Below are positions 57,770 to 64,000 of a stretch of DNA of 64,000 nt, in pieces. A model generated the notes under the pieces. The model did no database searches and was not told where the DNA came from. It saw only the letters and a list, made by a program, of their open reading frames with translations. The stretch's first letter is position 1. The number at the start of each line of letters is the position of its first letter. The position numbers were made by a program, and so were the translations under genes. This stretch comes from an uncultured bacterium (lineage in GTDB: Bacteria > Abyssobacteria > SURF-5): assembly GCA_964607485.1 (NCBI GenBank), contig CAZSKP010000006.1:97157-161156 (forward strand), written 5' to 3'.

Positions 57770-58049
57770 GTCATTGCGAGGGAGTGTAACGACCGAAGCA
57801 ATCTCTCCTCTCGCCAAGTCGCAAAGACGCAAAGCTCTGGTTCACGGTCTCCGTCTTTCGGTTTTCTGTTTGAACCGTAAACCGTAGAGCCCAAACCCTA
57901 AACCGACTTCCCCTTTAACCTTTTCCCTTCGTCCTTTTCTGACCACAAAGATTTCCTTCACCGCAAAGACGCGAAGAGCGCAGAGAAATTTGCTCGATTC
58001 CTGGACTTTGAGCCTCAACCCTTGACTCTAGACTCAGGACTCCGGACTG
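57770..58049. repeat. Mosaic of several short repeat families
   Basis: GTCATTGCGAG...CGAAGCAATCTC (57770-57805); CGCAAAGA units (57812-57834, 57960-57989); heptamer arrays at about 57836-57905, 57908-57939 and 58000-58049. Confidence 0.7.
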
Positions 58050-58145
58050 TCTTATTCCCCTTGACATTAGTTAACTGAAAGCAGTACTTTGTAGCTGTCA
58101 AGGACAGAGTTCCGAGGATGAAAGGCGGCAAAAGGAACAACATAT

Positions 58146-59036
58146 ATGGGCATCACCATTCACTACCAGCTCATGGTGGATTCGGAGGAGAAGGTTGACC
58201 GGATCACCGAGCGCTTCTCCAGCAAATCTTATGACAGGAAGATTGTTGACTGTCCCTTCGATTTCAGGCTCCTGGAATCCGGGTATATGGATGCGCCTGA
58301 CATGGAGCAGAACTGGGAGGAGTATGCGCTCCACAGCATGGCGGATATTATAAAGGGAGAAATGGGAAACAGGCTTCCCGAAAGGTTCAAGGGAGCGGTT
58401 CTTTTGGTGGACAATGGCTGCGAGCCTTTCTGGCTGACCTTTGGAGACTATGGAGAGCAGGGCTGGTGGAACAGGCATTTTACGAAAACCCAATATGCCC
58501 GTGAAGGCTTCCGCACGCATGTTGAAATCATAAATATGCTCAGGGAGTTGAACGAGATGGCGGATTATCTGAAGGTGATCGATGAGACGGGGCTTTGGGA
58601 GAGCGGCGACCTGGAGGCGGCCGCCGGAATCTTCAGGCAAAACGAGATCACGCTGAAGGCCTTTGGCACCATGCTCAGGGATGCGTCAAGGGATGCCGGG
58701 CTTGAAATAGAGGCGGGATATAACGGGCAAGAGGAGGACCTGGAGACCAACAGGGAGGTTCTCGAAAAAATCGGGCGGATGCGACAAGATTTCAAAACGG
58801 AGATAAACAGCGAAATCCTGTCCCGCTATTGTGATGAGATTCCGGAGGCGGCCGACTTCCTCCGCGATTTCTTCAAGCGTTCCGGCGACCATCCCCAACC
58901 GGTCAACTTCGTTCGATATATGAGCGAACTGGAGTTGCTATGCGAAGGGAACGAGGTTCTAAAAGAGAAGAAACGCAAGCTTTTCGAGGCGTTTGCTCAG
59001 ATCACCGGCATGCAGAAAGCCCGAAAGTTCTCGTAG
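58146..59036 (+). CDS. Hypothetical protein (MGxTIHY / GCE / KTQYA motifs)
   Basis: 296-aa ORF with SD AAGGA and an upstream TTGACA (58061); soluble and acidic. Confidence 0.7.
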   Translation: MGITIHYQLMVDSEEKVDRITERFSSKSYDRKIVDCPFDFRLLESGYMDAPDMEQNWEEYALHSMADIIKGEMGNRLPERFKGAVLLVDNGCEPFWLTFGDYGEQGWWNRHFTKTQYAREGFRTHVEIINMLRELNEMADYLKVIDETGLWESGDLEAAAGIFRQNEITLKAFGTMLRDASRDAGLEIEAGYNGQEEDLETNREVLEKIGRMRQDFKTEINSEILSRYCDEIPEAADFLRDFFKRSGDHPQPVNFVRYMSELELLCEGNEVLKEKKRKLFEAFAQITGMQKARKFS

Positions 59037-59117
59037 ATGTTATGGTTGTCGATGAAAGCCAGATATGCGCCCCTATGCTTCGATTATCATTGGGCGGCGA
59101 CAGACCGCACGCACCCA

Positions 59118-59166
59118 TTGACAAGAGGCAAAGTTAATGGTATATTTATGATAGTACCATAGTACC
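59118..59166 (+). promoter_or_regulatory. Promoter (TTGACA-N17-TATATT) with ATAGTACC tandem repeat
   Basis: -35 at 59118-59123 and -10 at 59141-59146; ATAGTACC at 59151-59158 and 59159-59166. Confidence 0.6.
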
Positions 59167-59237
59167 TTCTTGTTGTGACATGGGCGAGCCGATGTGAGAA
59201 ACCAGTTCTTCGGAACAAAACAGAGGTCGTCTATAGA

Positions 59238-59630
59238 GTGCCCATCATTCGAAAATACCCAAAATATGTTGCGATCTATGTCCCGTCGAGTGACAAGGAT
59301 GGAAGGAACCTCGCCCCTGAAATCCATGAAAAAGCTCTGAAGAACGTGCGGGATAAATTCAGGTCCTGGTGCGGAGGGTCCACATCGAAACCGCAAATGA
59401 AAGAAAGAATTTTTGAGGATCCCAACATCGTCGGGGAATTCGACCCGGACATGGGGAAAATCGCAATTCGTGAGGAGATCATCTTGGTTTATGGGTACTA
59501 CTCCGACGACGAAGCGGCTCGCGTTGAAAAGGAGCTCCCGAAGCTTGCGGAGCACCTCTGCAAGAAGTGCGACCAGGAATGTGTAGCAATCATAATCGAT
59601 GACGAATTTCAACTAATTGCGCCGGATTGA
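59238..59630 (+). CDS. Hypothetical protein (possibly DUF3574-like)
   Basis: VAIYVPS, F...GG.T, E.I..VY and DQECVAI.I pattern. Start uncertain (GTG at 59238 or 59175). Confidence 0.6.
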   Translation: MPIIRKYPKYVAIYVPSSDKDGRNLAPEIHEKALKNVRDKFRSWCGGSTSKPQMKERIFEDPNIVGEFDPDMGKIAIREEIILVYGYYSDDEAARVEKELPKLAEHLCKKCDQECVAIIIDDEFQLIAPD

Positions 59631-59717
59631 CGAACAATTGAGAGAAGCGTTCCTGCAATTCAGCGGGAGTGAGATGTTAGAGAATTTGTGAGGTTAGAGA
59701 ACTTGTGAGGGACCAAA

Positions 59718-60326
59718 ATGAAAAGGGCCAACCTGCATCTGAATGCCTGCAAGGAGAAGGAAGCTGAAATCAATAGAAAGCTTGCGCGGCTAAGCCCGGA
59801 CTACTCGATTTCGAGGCTTCGATTGCAGCCAAACGGCAAGTTTGCGTTTGACCTTAAGTGCGCTTTTGCGCCGGAAGACCTGGATGAAGTAAGGAAAGTC
59901 TTTCAGGGCGTTTTGGCGGGCTTCAAAGAAGGCGAGCGAAAAGAGCAGACAAAAGTCTATCTGTCGCCCAAAGCTCGGCAGAAGCTTAAAGAACTGGCGC
60001 ATGTCCAGGGTGCCACGCAAAGCGCCATAGTTGAGCGCTGCATTCTGGAGTTGGCAAAGAATACCGCTAAGGAGAAACCCCAGGAGGCCGAGGTCGTCGC
60101 CGTCGGCCCGGGCGTTGTCGGCGAGGACGGCAAGCAAGTGAAGAAGGGCGACCGCATCCTTATCGAAAAATTTGCCGGAACCGAAGTTAAAATCGAAGGC
60201 AAAGAGTACATAATAATGCGCGAAGACGACGTTCTCGCCATAATCGGAGCTTCGGGGGGGCGAGAAGCTGAACGCCGCCGTAAAGGTGACGCTCGGTCCG
60301 AAGGGCCGAAACGTCGTTCTCGATAA
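59718..60326 (+). CDS. Ribbon-helix-helix protein fused in frame to a partial GroES
   Basis: RHH-like [33 protein letters not shown], followed from 60063 by [17 protein letters not shown]...[34 protein letters not shown]. Confidence 0.7.
   Translation: MKRANLHLNACKEKEAEINRKLARLSPDYSISRLRLQPNGKFAFDLKCAFAPEDLDEVRKVFQGVLAGFKEGERKEQTKVYLSPKARQKLKELAHVQGATQSAIVERCILELAKNTAKEKPQEAEVVAVGPGVVGEDGKQVKKGDRILIEKFAGTEVKIEGKEYIIMREDDVLAIIGASGGREAERRRKGDARSEGPKRRSR
60063..60248 (+). pseudogene. groS: groES fragment (N-terminus and most of the mobile loop missing)
   Basis: The C-terminal two-thirds of GroES is recognisable, with a short internal deletion before VKKGD and no stop of its own. Confidence 0.8.
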
Positions 60327-60492
60327 GAGGTGGGGCGCCCCGACCCTCACCAAAGACGGTATCACGGTCGCAAAGGAGGTCGAGCTCGAAGACGCCTATG
60401 AAGACATGAACGCTCAAATGGTGAAGGAAGTGGCCTCGAAGACCAGCGACGTTGCCGGTGACGGTATTACGACCGCCAGAAAGGCCGTTTAG
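60250..60492 (+). pseudogene. groL: groEL 5' fragment (about 76 codons)
   Basis: [76 protein letters not shown] followed by RKAV and a stop. No start codon region; the DGTTT motif is changed to DGITT. Confidence 0.88.
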
Positions 60493-60501
60493 TTTTCCCG
60501 T

Positions 60502-60750
60502 CTATTGCGGGTCGGGTTCTCCGTCCAGAAATTCCTGCAGTATTGGCTCGGCGAGGTGGAGGTCTTCTCTGGCGACGACGACCTTGACTGCGCCGGCCCC
60601 GCCGGGGGTCACGTAAAACGGCGCCAGAGTTCCCATCACTTCATCTTTCAGGAATGCCGTGATACCGTTGCCCTCCAGCAGGCTCTTGACCAAGTCCGCC
60701 TCTATGGTGTTCCCTTCATAAACAACAACGAACCGACTCTCTTCGGGCAC
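60502..60750 (-). CDS. DUF2007 family small protein
   Basis: EA.LVKSLLE..GI...DE...VKV.V...D...A..IL pattern. Confidence 0.75.
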   Translation of the reverse strand: MPEESRFVVVYEGNTIEADLVKSLLEGNGITAFLKDEVMGTLAPFYVTPGGAGAVKVVVAREDLHLAEPILQEFLDGEPDPQ

Positions 60751-60770
60751 GCGGTGTTTCTCCGATATAT

Positions 60771-61754
60771 TTATGCGGGCAACAGCTCAGGAGGAAGAAG
60801 CAGGTCGATCAATGGTTTGCCGTCTCGAACGACGGGCACGAGGACGAGTGTGTTACGGACGGTTCTCATGCAGACGCACAGGCTTCCGACGGGGTGCTCG
60901 AAGCAGAATTCTCTTAGAAATTGCCATGGCTCGTTCGCGCCTGTCTCCCTGCCCAGCAGCATCGGTCCGATGGGCGAGTAGTCGTCGGGCTTGCCGTTCT
61001 CGATATTCGAGAGCGCCGCGGCGGCCGCCCTGAGGTTGCTCACCAGCTCCGGCAGGTTCATGTCCCTGCAAACGGCCAGCGCGCCCAGCACGCGCCGTCT
61101 CTGTTCGGGCCGGGCCGCGGCAATGAGCCGCTGCGCCAGTGCGTCGTTCGGGAGAAGAAAATTGATGCCCGCCTCGACGAGCAACTCGGGGGAAAGCGCA
61201 GTCAAACACTTCTCCGGCTCGGACGGGCATTGCGAATGCAGCTCCGGCCCAAGGTACTGGTAGTGCGGCCCGATAGGCTGGTCGATGCTTGCCGCGACGA
61301 AGAAAGCGGTTGCGGCGCGTTCGGGCTTGTCGTCGCGCACGAATTGTTCGCCCGCCTGCGCGTAGAGGGCGACCATCTCCTTCTTGATGCCGAGGAGCCT
61401 GTATGCGTCCTCCGCGTAGGAGAATTTGCCGCGCGCCACGGCTTCCTTCGCCGCTTCCTCCAGCAGCGCCGCCGGCACCGCGTCCCCTTTCAGTTCGCGG
61501 CTTTCGACAAGTTCCATGGCGGCTCGGAACCTGGGCGATTCGGCCATTTCGGCGTGAGGCAGAAGATAGGCCAGATGTTCCAACAGGGTGGGGCCGACGC
61601 CGGTCTCGTCGTCAGTGTCCGCGAACTCTTTGAGGCGAGAAAAAAGGTCGTGGAAGGCGAACGTGTTGCCGGTCGCAACGGCATTGGCGATAACCAGCCT
61701 CTTCAGTTCCGCCACGTTCCGAATGTCTGCCGATGTAATCTTATCGCGTTTCAT
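60771..61754 (-). CDS. Hypothetical helical protein
   Basis: 327-aa ORF (ATG at 61754) coupled to the J-like gene; TPR-like helices and a CPSEPEKC motif. Confidence 0.65.
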   Translation of the reverse strand: MKRDKITSADIRNVAELKRLVIANAVATGNTFAFHDLFSRLKEFADTDDETGVGPTLLEHLAYLLPHAEMAESPRFRAAMELVESRELKGDAVPAALLEEAAKEAVARGKFSYAEDAYRLLGIKKEMVALYAQAGEQFVRDDKPERAATAFFVAASIDQPIGPHYQYLGPELHSQCPSEPEKCLTALSPELLVEAGINFLLPNDALAQRLIAAARPEQRRRVLGALAVCRDMNLPELVSNLRAAAAALSNIENGKPDDYSPIGPMLLGRETGANEPWQFLREFCFEHPVGSLCVCMRTVRNTLVLVPVVRDGKPLIDLLLPPELLPA

Positions 61755-61756
61755 GG

Positions 61757-62380
61757 TCAGGAGAGCTGAAGCTTTTTCGTTAGCTCGACAACGATACGAG
61801 CGATTTCTTCGCCACGCTTCTTCCTCATGTCCTGCACACTTGTGTAGCCCTGCCAGTCGATGCGAAACGACGTGCGACGCCCCTTTTCCTCCGCCTTTCT
61901 CATCGATTCGGCCCGCTCCAAGCTCAGCCATTCCGATAATTTTTCGGGTGAGACGCTGTCGAAACGGCTGTTCCTTGCGGCCTCGAACAGTTTCTCGTAA
62001 TAGAAATCCGCCAGCGCGCCTCTCGCCGATTCAAATTTCAAAACGGCCTTCTTGAGCTTTTCGTCTTCCTCGATGGATTGTTGCTCCTGTAGCTTTCCTC
62101 TGCGGCTGGCTTCGATTTTTTCTTTTTCCGATTCCGCCTTCTCGACCTCCTTGAGTTTCGAGTCGTAAGAGTTGCGGGCGCGCTCGTCGGAGAGCACACG
62201 CAGCGCGGCGTCGGCAATTATGAAGGCCACCGCGGCGGCCCTCTTCTGTTCCTGGGGTTTGGCGTCGGGATTCAGCGTGGACGTCCGAACGCGATGAGCC
62301 TCTGCGATTTCTTCCGCGCCGGCTTCGGGATCGACTTCAAGAATCCTGTAGAAATTATATTTTTCCCAATCGGTCGCCAC
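61757..62380 (-). CDS. J-domain-like protein with NPD in place of HPD
   Basis: NFYRILEV...A..EEI..A...LNPD...A.RVLSD...R.SYD, followed by a coiled coil. Confidence 0.75.
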   Translation of the reverse strand: MATDWEKYNFYRILEVDPEAGAEEIAEAHRVRTSTLNPDAKPQEQKRAAAVAFIIADAALRVLSDERARNSYDSKLKEVEKAESEKEKIEASRRGKLQEQQSIEEDEKLKKAVLKFESARGALADFYYEKLFEAARNSRFDSVSPEKLSEWLSLERAESMRKAEEKGRRTSFRIDWQGYTSVQDMRKKRGEEIARIVVELTKKLQLS

Positions 62381-62422
62381 GTGTCTTTTGCCTCGGTGAA
62401 TGAATCTGCATCAAAAGAGAAG

Positions 62423-63181
62423 CTATTCTTCCTCGGCTTCGCCCGTCATGGGGACGAAAATCACCCCGATATCCTTTTTCTCGGTGACGCCCTTCTCGTC
62501 CTTCGTTATCAGGGTTAGCCTTTGGTTCCACGCCTCACCGACGGGTATCACCATTCGGCCCCCCACCTTGAGCTGCTCGACGAGCGGCTGCGGTACATGG
62601 TCGGGCGCAGCGGTGACGATGACGGCATCAAACGGCGCATGCTCGGGCCATCCTTGGTATCCGTCGCCGACCTTGACGAAGACGTTTTCGTAGCCGAGCC
62701 GCTTCAGCGTTTCTTCGGCGTTTCGGGCCAGGGGTTCGAGTATCTCGATCGTGTACACCTTGTCAACTATCTCGGCGAGCACCGCCGCCTGATAGCCCGA
62801 GCCGGTGCCGATTTCCAACACCTTCTCGCCGCCTTTCAGGTTCAATATCTGCGTCATGTATGCGACAACGAATGGCTGCGAGATGGTCTGCTCCATCCCG
62901 ATGGGAAGCGCGCGATTCTCGTAGGCGGCGAAGCGGTACCGCTCCGGCACAAACTCGTGGCGCTGAACCTTTTTCATCGCGGCCAGCACTTTTTCGTCGG
63001 AAATGCCCTGGGCCTCTATTTCGCGAACGAGACGCTCGCGAAGAACTTCCGAGGAAACCCCGCCGATCTCCTCCTCGGCGGCCACGGCGCCGTGCTGCAG
63101 AACCCCGATCAGCGGGAGCGTTTGAAACAGAAACAGCGCAAATCCTGCAAGCATCAGAAGCAGATGTTTCAATCTAAACAT
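62423..63181 (-). CDS. pcm: Protein-L-isoaspartate O-methyltransferase with N-terminal signal/TM segment
   Basis: RHEFVP, QTISQPFVVA.M, LEIGTGSGYQAA, GDG..GW.EHAPFD and FVPM. SD GAGGTG precedes the ATG at 63181. Confidence 0.93.
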   Translation of the reverse strand: MFRLKHLLLMLAGFALFLFQTLPLIGVLQHGAVAAEEEIGGVSSEVLRERLVREIEAQGISDEKVLAAMKKVQRHEFVPERYRFAAYENRALPIGMEQTISQPFVVAYMTQILNLKGGEKVLEIGTGSGYQAAVLAEIVDKVYTIEILEPLARNAEETLKRLGYENVFVKVGDGYQGWPEHAPFDAVIVTAAPDHVPQPLVEQLKVGGRMVIPVGEAWNQRLTLITKDEKGVTEKKDIGVIFVPMTGEAEEE

Positions 63182-63350
63182 GAGAATCACCTCGATTCGA
63201 CTCTTCGTGACGATTATAGCATAACGCGACAGCGGGGGACAATAACTACGCAGACGGCGTATTGAGGGTCCTGGAACCGACACGTCCAATAGGGGAAATT
63301 GAACTTATTTGCTAATTAGCGCGAGATGACTGAAAAATTTCACGAGTCGC

Positions 63351-63379
63351 TTGACAAATCCCCACCCCCATAATAAAAT
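63351..63379 (+). promoter_or_regulatory. Sigma70 promoter (TTGACA-N17-TAAAAT) of tRNA-Cys
   Basis: Lies 11 nt upstream of the tRNA. Confidence 0.7.
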
Positions 63380-63390
63380 TATAGGGCAAA

Positions 63391-63465
<75 letters not shown>

Positions 63466-63468
63466 AGT

Positions 63469-63498
63469 GGCGACCCTTGCGGGTCGCCCTTTTCTTTG
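63469..63498 (+). terminator. Rho-independent terminator
   Basis: GGCGACCC-TTGC-GGGTCGCC followed by CTTTTCTTT. Confidence 0.8.
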
Positions 63499-63600
63499 TG
63501 ATACCGACATCGTTTCAGCACGAAGCGTGCTCTGACCCCGCGTGGAAGAAACGAAGAAATCTCCATTTCGGACGGCATTGATGTATAATATGGAAATAAT

Positions 63601-63686
63601 GCCGGGGTGGCGGAATAGGCATACGCAAGGGACTTAAAATCCCTGGGTGGGTAACCACCATGCGGGTTCAACTCCCGCCCTCGGCA
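63601..63686 (+). tRNA. tRNA-Leu (TAA)
   Basis: Acceptor stem GCCGGGG/CCTCGGC, anticodon loop CTTAAAA, long variable arm and GGTTCAACTCC. CCA is not encoded. Confidence 0.93.
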
Positions 63687-63778
63687 CCTTGGCTTGACTC
63701 AGACATTGTCCAAATCCTCGAATTTTTCAATCTTCTTACCGTTCCTCTTGCTTTCCCCCTTTTGTCCTCTCCTCCTTT

Positions 63779-63818
63779 AAAAAAAATCCCCCGGGAACGC
63801 GTTTGCGTTCCCGGGGGA
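63779..63818 (-). terminator. Rho-independent terminator of the porin gene
   Basis: 14-bp stem TCCCCCGGGAACGC/GCGTTCCCGGGGGA with an A8 run (a U-tract on the minus strand). Confidence 0.85.
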
Positions 63819-63848
63819 GGTGTTGCCGGTTATGCCGGCCTTCGGGAT

Positions 63849-64000
63849 TTAGAAGACCAGCATGGCCTGTACGTACAGGTAGTCGACGTCGTCATCGTGG
63901 CCAACGCCCCAAGAATTCTTGATCGCGTCATCGGCGAAGAAGTGTGCCCAACCGACGCGCAGATTCAGATCCTCGGTGTACTGGTAGTCGGCCAACAGGT
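63849..64000 (-). CDS. 3' end of an outer-membrane beta-barrel (alginate-export-family-like), partial
   Basis: Hand translation LLADYQYTEDLNLRVGWAHFFADDAIKNSWGVGHDDDVDYLYVQAMLVF*, ending in a terminal Phe beta-signal. Confidence 0.7.
   Translation of the reverse strand, partial: LLADYQYTEDLNLRVGWAHFFADDAIKNSWGVGHDDDVDYLYVQAMLVF

Noticed and set aside
57770-58049. CRISPR array
   Set aside because: Units are 7-9 nt or single hairpins, with no constant repeat separated by unique spacers and no cas genes.
60063-60492. Functional groES-groEL operon, or a diversity-generating retroelement target
   Set aside because: Both genes are truncated and carry deletions. The changes are not evidently adenine-specific, and no reverse transcriptase or template repeat is in the window.

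Overview
GC-rich bacterial chromosomal window from a diderm (secretin, LolA-like protein and outer-membrane beta-barrels are present); the lineage cannot be fixed from sequence alone. From left to right: (1) a cell-surface glycosylation locus (1-11537) with GT4 and GT2 glycosyltransferases, a flippase, three GT-C-type membrane proteins (YfhO-like, TMTC-like with TPRs, TMTC-like without TPRs) and two SAM methyltransferases; (2) an LMW phosphatase-polX pair; (3) a short dnaA paralogue lacking domains I-II, with two tandem pairs of DnaA boxes upstream; (4) two tandem PilB/GspE ATPases and a complete gspC-M type II secretion cluster (15525-31112); (5) mdh-alr and moxR-DUF58-transglutaminase; (6) HU/IHF-thiE, an MFS transporter, a YedF-like gene and a KDSR-like SDR flanked by REP-like palindromes; (7) tlyA-zinc ribbon-nadK-recN-FG-GAP protein; (8) lexA, with an 11-bp tandem repeat inside its promoter, followed by a 51-aa NrdJ-type zinc-ribbon microprotein that is missing from the ORF track; (9) an acyl-CoA dehydrogenase and a TetR-controlled LolA/LolCDE-like/OM-barrel operon; (10) a small accessory island (about 57700-60500) with a mosaic of short repeats, two orphan genes and a ribbon-helix-helix protein fused to a decayed groES-groEL fragment; (11) pcm, a J-like protein with NPD in place of HPD, tRNA-Cys, tRNA-Leu and the 3' end of an alginate-export-type porin gene. 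No CRISPR array, rRNA, integrase or transposase was seen.
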